Part shown: positions 56,177 to 64,000 of the stretch, piece after piece
How positions within the stretch are numbered: the first letter of the stretch is position 1
How the letters are laid out: each line of letters starts with the position of its first letter
Made by a program: the position numbers and the translations under genes
DNA from: Thermoplasmatota archaeon
Lineage (GTDB): Archaea; Thermoplasmatota; JAKEGO01
Direction of reading: 5' to 3'
DNA: 64,000 bases
Assembly: GCA_028279595.1 (NCBI GenBank)
Contig: JANQNK010000020.1
Coordinates: 341,711 to 405,710 of the forward strand
Notes under the pieces: generated by a model
Database searches by the model: none
Seen by the model: only the letters and a program-made list of their open reading frames with translations
What the model was told of the DNA's origin: nothing

Positions 56177-56851
56177 ATGCCGATCAGCAAGCCCATCATC
56201 GACGAGATCCTCGCTCTGAACGAGAAGAACTACTGTTCCGAGACCGAGGACGGAGTCTGCGTACGCATCGCCGCGATAGCAGACTTCCCCACCCGGTTCG
56301 GTCATTTCCAGATCGTGGCTTTCTTCAACAACTGGGACGAGGAGGAGCATGTCGCTATCCTTAACGGCGATGTCCATGACAAGGAGAACGTCCCCGTCAG
56401 GCTGCATTCCCAGTGCCTGACCGGTGACGCCTTCGGCTCCCTGAGGTGCGACTGCCGAGACCAGCTGATATCCTCCCTCGAGTTCATTGCCAAGGAGGAC
56501 GAGGGCATCGTCATCTATCTCAGGCAGGAGGGACGCGGTATAGGCCTCCTCAACAAGGTCAAGGCCTATCAGCTCCAGGATATGGGTTACGATACTGTCG
56601 AGGCGAACGTCGCCCTGGGGTTCGAGGATGATGAGAGGGACTACATGATGGCGTCGCATCTCCTGAAGTGCCTCGAGGTCAGATCGATCAAGCTCATAAC
56701 CAACAATCCGAAGAAGATCGACGGACTGAGGAAGCAGGGCGTCGACGTCGTTGACCGGATACCCCTCCTGATCGAACCGAACGATCACAACAAGGAATAT
56801 CTCAGGACCAAGTTCGAGAAGTCCGGTCATTTCCTGGACGAACTCTTCTGA
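56177..56851 (+). CDS. ribA: GTP cyclohydrolase II
   Basis: PT-x-FG-x-F, EHVA, VRLHSQCLTGD-x-FGSLRCDC, YLRQEGRGIGL-x-NK, TNNP-x-K, YL-x-TK-x-x-K-x-GH. Confidence 0.96.
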   Translation: MPISKPIIDEILALNEKNYCSETEDGVCVRIAAIADFPTRFGHFQIVAFFNNWDEEEHVAILNGDVHDKENVPVRLHSQCLTGDAFGSLRCDCRDQLISSLEFIAKEDEGIVIYLRQEGRGIGLLNKVKAYQLQDMGYDTVEANVALGFEDDERDYMMASHLLKCLEVRSIKLITNNPKKIDGLRKQGVDVVDRIPLLIEPNDHNKEYLRTKFEKSGHFLDELF

Positions 56852-56956
56852 ATCCGGTCGATCCTTCATTTGGTCTATAGACCTCCTTAATGGAAATGTT
56901 AACGATAAAGGACTTAAACGTTGAATCGTTTGGGAACCCGGAACCGCGGTGATATC

Positions 56957-58519
56957 ATGAGCGAAGGTGAGGGCGAACCCGTTCCTGAAGGACAGCCAGA
57001 GGAGGTAGAGACGGTCATCGACGTTAGTGCTCCCGTGGAGGAGACTCCTGTCGGCGAGGCTGCGGCCCCTCCGCCTGCCGGGTCTCCCACGAACATCATT
57101 ACCCGATTGATGACGGACCGGAAGCTCGCCGCGATCTTCGTCGTTGCGATCGTCCTGCTGGCCGGCGTGGCCGCAGTGTCGACCGGAGTGTTCGACGACG
57201 ACGGCTCCGGTTCAACGAAGGACATCATCGATGATAACGTCACCATTCCGTTGAACCCTCTGGAACCCGTCTTCCTCGAGAGGGAGTTCCCTGCCCTGGG
57301 TCTTGGCTCACAGGACCACCCCGATTACGTCATCGGCTACGAACCCAGCCTTGCCGTGGACTCGGAAGGCAACATGTTCTACACGGCACACAAGGACCTC
57401 AGATGGGAGACTTCCTGGGACTACCTGGCTTCGTGGTGGTTCATCAGCACCGATGACGGCGAGACCTGGCGGACCCCTGACGACGCGGCATGGAACTACG
57501 AGGGCCGGTACGTCTGGGCGGGTGACGAGGGAGACATCGCCATCGACGCCTTCGACAGCATATATTACATCGACACGACCCTTCTCGATAACAATCTACA
57601 CGTATTCTCCAATGGTGGCGATTCCTACGACTGGTCGCAGCTACAGGGATCGACCCTGCTCGACGACCGTCCCTGGCTCACAGCGCACAACGACGGATGG
57701 TTGCATTATCTTGGCAACAACGGCGTTTCCGTGGTGCATCCGATATCCGGCGACGTTGGAAGGGTATGGTACTACAGGTCCGAGGACGGAGGTCTCACCT
57801 GGACCACCGGCGAGGTCATGATCGGCGGCTGGGCCACGATCGACGCCGAACGGTTCGGCGACTATGTCTACGTCACTCAGGTCTCCAGCGATGGTGGGGA
57901 CCAGAAGATCATCATGCATGCGAGCCCTGATCGTGGGTACACGTGGAGCGACCCCGTAGATGTCGGCCCTCTTGAGGGCAACGGTGTTGGCGAGGGAATG
58001 CCGACGGTATTCCACGGGGAGAACGGAACGGTCTACGTGATATGGCAGGACTCCCCGATGGGCGGCGATGCCCCTGCGACAATGTATCTCTCAAAGAGCG
58101 AGGACTTCGGGGAGACCTTCGAGTACTGGGACATCAGCATGCCCGAGGGTGCAATCTACCTCTACCCCACTATCAATGTCTGCCAGTACGGGGAGTACCA
58201 CAACAGGAACCGTGCGGGCATCTCGTTCTACGGAACGACGGACGTCCCCGTAACGTCGAACAGTTCCTGGTACCTGTATGCTGCTGTCGTCGACGATCCT
58301 AGCCCCGGCGACAAGATCCATTACGAGATCATGGACCCGGAACCCCTCTACGTTGGTGACGACCTCCATGCACTGCACGACTTCTTCGAGGTCGTGATCT
58401 CGCCGGACGGCTCGCTGAACATCGCCTACCAGCAGAACATCGGTCAGCATCCCTACGAGGCCGGCGAGGAGCAGCGCTATCTGAAATTCGTCCGTGCGGA
58501 TGTACAGGATGATGACTGA
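56957..58519 (+). CDS. membrane-anchored BNR/Asp-box (sialidase-like) beta-propeller protein
   Basis: N-terminal TM; Asp boxes STDDGETW, SEDGGLTW, SPDRGYTW, SEDFGETF; start ATG 56957 after SD GGTGAT. Confidence 0.85.
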   Translation: MSEGEGEPVPEGQPEEVETVIDVSAPVEETPVGEAAAPPPAGSPTNIITRLMTDRKLAAIFVVAIVLLAGVAAVSTGVFDDDGSGSTKDIIDDNVTIPLNPLEPVFLEREFPALGLGSQDHPDYVIGYEPSLAVDSEGNMFYTAHKDLRWETSWDYLASWWFISTDDGETWRTPDDAAWNYEGRYVWAGDEGDIAIDAFDSIYYIDTTLLDNNLHVFSNGGDSYDWSQLQGSTLLDDRPWLTAHNDGWLHYLGNNGVSVVHPISGDVGRVWYYRSEDGGLTWTTGEVMIGGWATIDAERFGDYVYVTQVSSDGGDQKIIMHASPDRGYTWSDPVDVGPLEGNGVGEGMPTVFHGENGTVYVIWQDSPMGGDAPATMYLSKSEDFGETFEYWDISMPEGAIYLYPTINVCQYGEYHNRNRAGISFYGTTDVPVTSNSSWYLYAAVVDDPSPGDKIHYEIMDPEPLYVGDDLHALHDFFEVVISPDGSLNIAYQQNIGQHPYEAGEEQRYLKFVRADVQDDD

Positions 58520-58578
58520 CGCTACGGATATGTAGCGAGTTATAACTGAGAAAAACGGGTTTTACAGAGTGGAGACGT

Positions 58579-58725
58579 TCACTTCGTGGCGACCATGCCG
58601 TCGTCCATCAACGCCTCTATCTCCTCGATCCTCCGCCTCACCCTCATGGCTATCTGGGCGTCAAGGCCCTGGTTCAGATCGTGCGGGTGGAACCCGCTCT
58701 TCTGAATCGGCTTCCTTTCATCCAT
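58579..58725 (-). CDS. 48-aa small protein not in the ORF track (MDERKPIQKSGFHPHDLNQGLDAQIAMRVRRRIEEIEALMDDGMVATK)
   Basis: SD GAGGTG 7 nt before the ATG, TTTATA box about 36 nt upstream, host-like codons. Confidence 0.7.
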   Translation of the reverse strand: MDERKPIQKSGFHPHDLNQGLDAQIAMRVRRRIEEIEALMDDGMVATK

Positions 58726-58865
58726 GGTGCGACACCTCGTGAGAACAATATGCCCTTTCGTATAAATACCTCACTTGGTTGTAACCATAGCGCAAAAAGG
58801 GTGGTTTGAGCCGGAAAACGGCCGAATTATGGCATTTTCAACGGATTCGGACGATTTTCCGAGAA

Positions 58866-60521
58866 TCACCTCACTCCGGTGATATCTCCGTCGGGTCCGA
58901 TGTCGATATCCTCCGCGATGGGGTGTGCGGGCAATCCCGGCATCAGGTTGACGTTCTCCGTGAATGCGACGAGGAAACCTGCGCCGGCGTTCACTTTAAG
59001 TCCCTGGATCGTGCAGGGCATGTCCTTCGGAGGGACTCCCCTGACCTTCGGATCGTTCGAGATCGAAAGTGGCGTCTTCGCCATGCAGATCGGGAGGTCG
59101 GCGAACCCTGCGGACTCGAACATCGCGATCCTCTCTCTTGCCTTCTTCGAGAACACCACATGGTCTATCCCGTACATGGCACCGGCTATCGTGCGGATCT
59201 TCTCCTCGACACTCGCGTCGGTGTCGTACAGGTGACGGAAGTCCGAACCACGGTCGACCGCAGCGACCACAGCTTCTGCAAGGTCCGTCGCCCCTTCTCC
59301 TCCGTTCTCGTACGCTGTTATCATGGCGAAAGGAATGTCGAGCTCGGCAGAAAGGCTCCTGACGAGGTCGATCTCGTCATCTGACTCGTTTCCGAAGATG
59401 TTCAGGGCCACGACTGCTGGTACTCCGTGCGCCGTGACGTTCTCGACATGCTTCTTGAGGTTCGGCAGCCCTGCGGCGACGCGGTCCGAGCTCTGATCGT
59501 CCAGCTCTGACCTCTTCGCTCCGCCCTGCCTTCTCAGGGCCTTGACGCTGGCCACGATGACACCGGCGGAAACGTCGAAACCGCCCGAACGGGCGACAAT
59601 GTTGAAGAACTTCTCAGCACCGAGTTCCGAGCCGAATCCGGCCTCAACGACGGCGTATCCGGCCAGACGTCTGGCCATCTGGATCGCGATGATGGATGCA
59701 GTACCATGGGCTATGTTGGCGAAGGGTCCTCCATGGACGATGGCCGGAGTGTTCTCTGTGGTCTGGACCAGGTTCGGCCTGATGGCGTCCTTGAGGAGAA
59801 GCGTCATCGCTCCCTGGACGTTGAGGTCGCGGACCCTGACAGGTTCGCCGGAGTAATTGTAGGCCACGACGGCCGATCCCAGACGCTCCTCGAGGTCCTT
59901 CAGGTCCGTCGCCAGGCCCAGTATGGCCATGACCTCCGACGCCGCGGATATAGTGAAGCTGTCGGTCCTCGCGACGCCCGATTCCGCATTGACGCCGGTC
60001 ACCACGCTCCTGAGGCCCCTGTCGTTGACGTCCAGACAGCGTCGCCAGACGACGTTGTTCTGGTCTATTAGCAGGGAGTTGCCCCTGAAGATGTGGTTGT
60101 CGAGCACGGCAGCGACCAGATTGTTCGCCGCGGCCACCGCATACAGGTCGCCGGTGAAATGCAGGTTGATGTCAAGGGTCGGGACGACCCGCGATCTTCC
60201 TCCGCCAGTACCGGCTCCCTTGACGCCGAACATCGGACCCAGGGATGGTTCCCTCAGGACGACGATGGAGGAACGGCCAAGCCTGTTCAGGGCCTCGCTG
60301 AGCCCGATCGAGACCGTCGTCTTGCCTTCACCGGACCTCGTCGGGGTCATGGCCGTTATCAGCACCAGCTTCCCTGGCTCGACGCCCTCGAGCCTCTGAA
60401 GGAGCGGGAGCTTGAGCTTTGCCATGTGCCTGCCGTAGTTCTCGATCTCGTCCGGGGTCACGCCGATCGCTCCCGCTACCTCTTCGATCGGAAGCATCTC
60501 GTCGGCCGAGGCGATCTCCAT
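58866..60521 (-). CDS. fhs: formate--tetrahydrofolate ligase
   Basis: TAMTPT-x-x-GEGKTT, LREPSLGP-x-FG-x-KG, INLHFTGD, HGGPFANIAHG, EAGFG-x-x-LGAEKF, ICMAKT, MPGLP; start approximate. Confidence 0.97.
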   Translation of the reverse strand: MEIASADEMLPIEEVAGAIGVTPDEIENYGRHMAKLKLPLLQRLEGVEPGKLVLITAMTPTRSGEGKTTVSIGLSEALNRLGRSSIVVLREPSLGPMFGVKGAGTGGGRSRVVPTLDINLHFTGDLYAVAAANNLVAAVLDNHIFRGNSLLIDQNNVVWRRCLDVNDRGLRSVVTGVNAESGVARTDSFTISAASEVMAILGLATDLKDLEERLGSAVVAYNYSGEPVRVRDLNVQGAMTLLLKDAIRPNLVQTTENTPAIVHGGPFANIAHGTASIIAIQMARRLAGYAVVEAGFGSELGAEKFFNIVARSGGFDVSAGVIVASVKALRRQGGAKRSELDDQSSDRVAAGLPNLKKHVENVTAHGVPAVVALNIFGNESDDEIDLVRSLSAELDIPFAMITAYENGGEGATDLAEAVVAAVDRGSDFRHLYDTDASVEEKIRTIAGAMYGIDHVVFSKKARERIAMFESAGFADLPICMAKTPLSISNDPKVRGVPPKDMPCTIQGLKVNAGAGFLVAFTENVNLMPGLPAHPIAEDIDIGPDGDITGVR

Positions 60522-60629
60522 CAATGACAGCCTATCACCGGCAATACGACGGTCTGGATGGATTATTAAGGTTTCCACACCGTTGCCAGTGTGGTAATTC
60601 TTGAAAATCGGACAATATTTATGGAATGA

Positions 60630-60968
60630 TCAAGCGTTCGCCTTGTCGACGCCGTTCGCCTCGTACCGGAGGAGCGCGTTCACTCCCTTGTCGGTGATGC
60701 TGTAGACACAGGTCGTCATGTATGGCCTTGCACCGGGAATGACCCTAGTGTCCTTCGAGACGAGTCCGGCCCTGTACAGGTTCTCGAGTTCGGAGGTCAT
60801 CTCCTCCCTCGGGAGCCTCATCAGGAGCTCCAGCTCGACCAGGTGCGCGGATCCCTTGAAGTGCCTCTCCAGGAGCGTTATGATCTGACGCTCCACCTCG
60901 CCCTTCAGGACGCTCTCGACGGGCCCTTCGCCCGCGTCAACCCTTTCCTCGGTCGTCACGTACATCAT
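60630..60968 (-). CDS. winged-helix DNA-binding protein
   Basis: L-x-x-L-x-x-AGLV...Y-x-IT-x-KG wing motif; directly downstream of polB2. Confidence 0.75.
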   Translation of the reverse strand: MMYVTTEERVDAGEGPVESVLKGEVERQIITLLERHFKGSAHLVELELLMRLPREEMTSELENLYRAGLVSKDTRVIPGARPYMTTCVYSITDKGVNALLRYEANGVDKANA

Positions 60969-61061
60969 CGTACCACGCCCGCGGCCGCCTTCGAGGACGG
61001 CCCTCAATATACCATTTGTCGCTTTTTCTTTATAAACGAAGCCGGGTTATCACCCGTACAC

Positions 61062-63164
61062 CTATGTTATCACCACATCGGGGTTCGGAAACAGGGTATC
61101 TACGATGCCGCCCCCTCGGGGCGGTTCGAGCACACCCGACATTATCCTGCCCCTGACGGTATCCTCGTCGGCGAAGGGCCTAAGCATCTCCACGGCGGCG
61201 TCCGCCAGCAGTTTCGAGTAGTGCCAGACGCTGTACTCGCCGTCGTCCCCCGGAAGGATCGCGTCCCCCGACCTCCCGATGATGAATCGCACGTACTGGC
61301 CGGGATGCAGGTCGACGCCCCGCTCGGACAGGAGATCGAGGGCCTGGCTCGAGTGCGTCTCCCTCAAGTATTCGTCCCTCTCCTTCGACACCAGCCTCCT
61401 GACGGCCAGCTCGCCGTGGCCCACGTTCCCCGCCAGCAGGCGGTCCCGGGCGTCGCAGAACGGCCCGAGGACGTGGTCCAGGGTCCGGCGGCCGTCCACG
61501 TAGTCGTCCATGCGCTCCAGGGCCGCCCCCTGGGCCGTCGCGGCCATCGGCGAGACGTCCCTCCTGCGCAGCGCGATCCCCCGGACCTTCAGCGTGCCGT
61601 CCTCCCTCAGGCCGTAGTACCTGTTCAGGGCGCCCACCAGGCCTGACTTGACGGGAAGGAACACTATCCACTTGAAGAGGGCCTCGTGCTTGATGTTCAG
61701 TCCCGTCGACCTGTTGATGTCGGAGATGACCTGTCCTATGTCGCCGTCCCCTGTCATCCAGAGGGAATCGACGATCCCGTGGACTATCCTGAAACCCCTG
61801 TTCTGGGCGGTCTCCGAGGCGCGGAGCATGTACTCCCGCCCGTAGGCGTTGATGGCCTCGTGCGCCTCTATCCTTCCGAGCTTGGCGTTCCTGTATCCCG
61901 TGTAGCCGAAGCAGCAGACCAGGAGCCACTTCAGGGCGTCCGCCCTCTTCAGCGACCGTTCGTCACCGCGCTGCTTGAGCGCCTCTCTCCTGGCTATGAG
62001 GGGTTCCAGGACGGCCGGTATGACCCCCCTGACGTCGGTCCTTATGGCGTAGCCCAGTTCGGGCACGACGTCGTGCCTGCCCCCCTCGGCGAAGAGGGTC
62101 TCCGGACTGATGTTGTGGGCGACCATGATGCTCGGGTACATGGCAGTAAAGTCGAGTTCGTGGACGTCGCGGTAGATCCCCGGAACGGGCGTGTAGATGA
62201 ACCCGCCGCGGTCGGCGATGAGGAGCTCCCTGAATGTCTTGATCCCCTCGGGTGTGTTCTTGTTCCAGGGCACGGGGATGCCGCTCGTGAGCATCTGGCG
62301 CACCTGCATGGCGCTGATGACCGTCCCGGGCGATGTCCGGGACGCCCTCTGTATGGAGATCTGCGAGATCCCCGCCAGCTCGACGACGCCCTCGAGGTCG
62401 GACTCGATGAACGTGAATCCGCCGGGGACGTGGACCCTCCCGCGCAGCGTCCAGGTCGCGGCCCTGAAGACCGGGCGTCCGTAGGAGTGTAGCACACGTC
62501 CCTCCTCCCTGCGCGGAGGCGCGGGGAGCCTGTCGAGACGCAGGCGGATGCCGGCGGTCTCGGCCTCCTGGCTCACTGCGGGAAGGAACTCATCGCCCTC
62601 CGGAACTATCAGTATGTCCGGGTCGGCGGAATCGAGGGCGTCCGCCAGCCCGGCTATGTCCACGCTCTCGCCGTCCACGGTCATCCCGTCGACGCCGTTC
62701 CACCGCCAGCCCTCCGGCGGGTCGACCCGCATGATCCCCACGGGCGGAAGCGTCACGTCGATGTCCCACGGATCGTCGGAGGTCCTCAGCCCCCCTTCAA
62801 GGCTGCACAGCGGGAACACGCCCTTCCTGACGAAGAGCTCCTGCACCGGATCGATGTCCGCGTTGAACATCTCGGCGTCGCCGCCGGTCCAGAAATCGGC
62901 CGCCCGGACGGTGCGCCGCAGCCTGTTGGGGGCGGTGGAGACGGCGAGGACGTCGAGGTCGTTCCCGAACAGGTCCCGCACCGTTCCCTGCTCGACCTGG
63001 ACGCCCTCGGCCTCGCCGAGGAGCCGTTCCAGCCGGCCGGTGTGCGGCGCGTGGACGTAGAACGTCGCCCTCTGCGCCACGTCCTCGTACCGGGCCCTGC
63101 TGCCGTCCGTTATGCAGACCCGCATACCCTCGCGGGTGGGCCAGGCGTCGAGGAGCCACTCCAT
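61062..63164 (-). CDS. polB2: family B DNA polymerase, PolB2 clade
   Basis: ELDFTAMYPSIM, KWLLVCCFGYTG and HGIVDS, the PolB2-type variants of motifs A, B and C; NRYYG, KVRGI-x-x-RR-x-D. Confidence 0.92.
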   Translation of the reverse strand: MEWLLDAWPTREGMRVCITDGSRARYEDVAQRATFYVHAPHTGRLERLLGEAEGVQVEQGTVRDLFGNDLDVLAVSTAPNRLRRTVRAADFWTGGDAEMFNADIDPVQELFVRKGVFPLCSLEGGLRTSDDPWDIDVTLPPVGIMRVDPPEGWRWNGVDGMTVDGESVDIAGLADALDSADPDILIVPEGDEFLPAVSQEAETAGIRLRLDRLPAPPRREEGRVLHSYGRPVFRAATWTLRGRVHVPGGFTFIESDLEGVVELAGISQISIQRASRTSPGTVISAMQVRQMLTSGIPVPWNKNTPEGIKTFRELLIADRGGFIYTPVPGIYRDVHELDFTAMYPSIMVAHNISPETLFAEGGRHDVVPELGYAIRTDVRGVIPAVLEPLIARREALKQRGDERSLKRADALKWLLVCCFGYTGYRNAKLGRIEAHEAINAYGREYMLRASETAQNRGFRIVHGIVDSLWMTGDGDIGQVISDINRSTGLNIKHEALFKWIVFLPVKSGLVGALNRYYGLREDGTLKVRGIALRRRDVSPMAATAQGAALERMDDYVDGRRTLDHVLGPFCDARDRLLAGNVGHGELAVRRLVSKERDEYLRETHSSQALDLLSERGVDLHPGQYVRFIIGRSGDAILPGDDGEYSVWHYSKLLADAAVEMLRPFADEDTVRGRIMSGVLEPPRGGGIVDTLFPNPDVVIT

Positions 63165-63446
63165 TCAATCATCGTCCTCCCAGGAGACATCGAGCCTCTC
63201 CTTGGGGTTCCTGACCCCGCGGACGCGGTCCAGCTCCATCAGTATCTCGACGAGTATGGACAGGAAGACCGGCTCCACGGGTTCCGGAGAGGCCATGTAG
63301 GACGCCTCGTGGGAGTGCCTCATGGCCATGCCGACCAGGCGGTCGACGTACTCCCTGTCCTCCACGGGCATGGCCCTCCTGAACTTGTTCCACTCCCTGA
63401 TGACCATGTCGAGCTCGTTCCTGTAGGTCGGCGTGCTCCTTCCCGT
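63165..63446 (-). CDS. small PolB2-associated protein (arCOG07300-like)
   Basis: GRSTPTYR...W-x-x-FRRA[ML]-x-x-EDR...P-x-x-x-x-FLSIL-x-E; lies between the RadA-like gene and polB2; the apparent start codon is ACG. Confidence 0.8.
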   Translation of the reverse strand, partial: TGRSTPTYRNELDMVIREWNKFRRAMPVEDREYVDRLVGMAMRHSHEASYMASPEPVEPVFLSILVEILMELDRVRGVRNPKERLDVSWEDDD

Positions 63447-63895
63447 CAGGCCACCCCCCTCTCCCTCAGGACCTCCTGCCGGCCCGGCGGCTCCCGCGAG
63501 GGCGCTGCGGTCCTCCTGCGCGCGTCGGTCTCGACGAAGATGACCCTGGCGCCGTTGCGTGCGAGGCGCTTCCCGCTCTTCAGGACGTGCCCCCTGATGA
63601 ACGGGCGCTCGTCCTCCTCGACGTCCTCCAGGATCGATGTCATGCCCACGATGATGAGGGTGGCGGGGCTGTGCTCCGAGATCCACCCGTCGAGGCCCCC
63701 TGCCATGGTCCTGAGCTGGTGCGCGGTGAACGCTCTGGTGATATGTATCGTGTCGAGGTACGGGCGTATGCTCCCCATGGACCTGAGGCCGTACGGCTCT
63801 ATCCTGCTCAGGCAGTCGAGGACGAGGACGTGTCCCTCGTCCGCAGCGCCCCGTATGAGCGAATATATCCCGGCCATGTCCATGTTCTCAGCCAT
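63446..63895 (-). CDS. truncated, inactivated RadA/RecA-like protein of the PolB2 cassette
   Basis: VL-x-LDC...[IF]-x-PY and I-x-ITRAFTAHQL motifs; no intact Walker A. Start ATG 63895 favoured over 63934 by TATA spacing. Confidence 0.75.
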   Translation of the reverse strand: MAENMDMAGIYSLIRGAADEGHVLVLDCLSRIEPYGLRSMGSIRPYLDTIHITRAFTAHQLRTMAGGLDGWISEHSPATLIIVGMTSILEDVEEDERPFIRGHVLKSGKRLARNGARVIFVETDARRRTAAPSREPPGRQEVLRERGVA

Positions 63896-64000
63896 AGGCG
63901 TAGCGCCCCCGCTCTCTGGAGTGGAGGGAACCATTCAGAGCGTATAAACCGGGGGCGGGGAGAGTGGGGTGAAAGTGTCCTCTTCGTGACGTGTTCCTGG

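Noticed and set aside
61062-63164. Pseudogenised or dead DNA polymerase
   Set aside because: The ORF is intact, and HGIVDS and KWLLVCCFGY are normal PolB2-clade motif variants.

Overview
GC-rich archaeal chromosomal segment, most likely Thermoplasmatota. The assignment rests on the heliorhodopsin type, the TM-anchored tandem winged-helix tail on a giant surface protein and the A/V-ATPase and exosome gene order. Housekeeping blocks: an A/V-type ATPase operon (H-I-K-E-C-F-A-B, no D, followed directly by tRNA-Val), rpiA, a CBS-HPF hibernation-factor-like gene, hisS, the psmA-SBDS-rrp4-rrp41-rrp42-rpl37ae-rpoP-pcc1 superoperon, NMD3, tRNA-Thr, ribA, fhs and a PolB2 cassette. Four very large membrane-anchored surface proteins and an archaeosortase are also present. 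No CRISPR array, transposase, integrase or rRNA was seen. Most notable observations: (1) the ATPase c/K rotor subunit is fused to a signal peptide and an extracellular PKD domain, and carries an NtpK-type Na+ site; (2) a tightly coupled operon of soluble MtrA + MtrH + core methionine synthase + DUF4346 looks like a split corrinoid-dependent methionine synthase built from methanogen Mtr parts; (3) a 2285-aa beta-helix surface protein ends in a TM helix and cytoplasmic tandem winged-helix domains, with a rhomboid protease nearby; (4) bacterial-type queA and ribA in an archaeon; (5) two unexplained structured non-coding segments, one being a tRNA-Val trailer with both an antisense and a sense copy of the tRNA 3' end. 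All calls come from motif recognition by eye; no searches were run.
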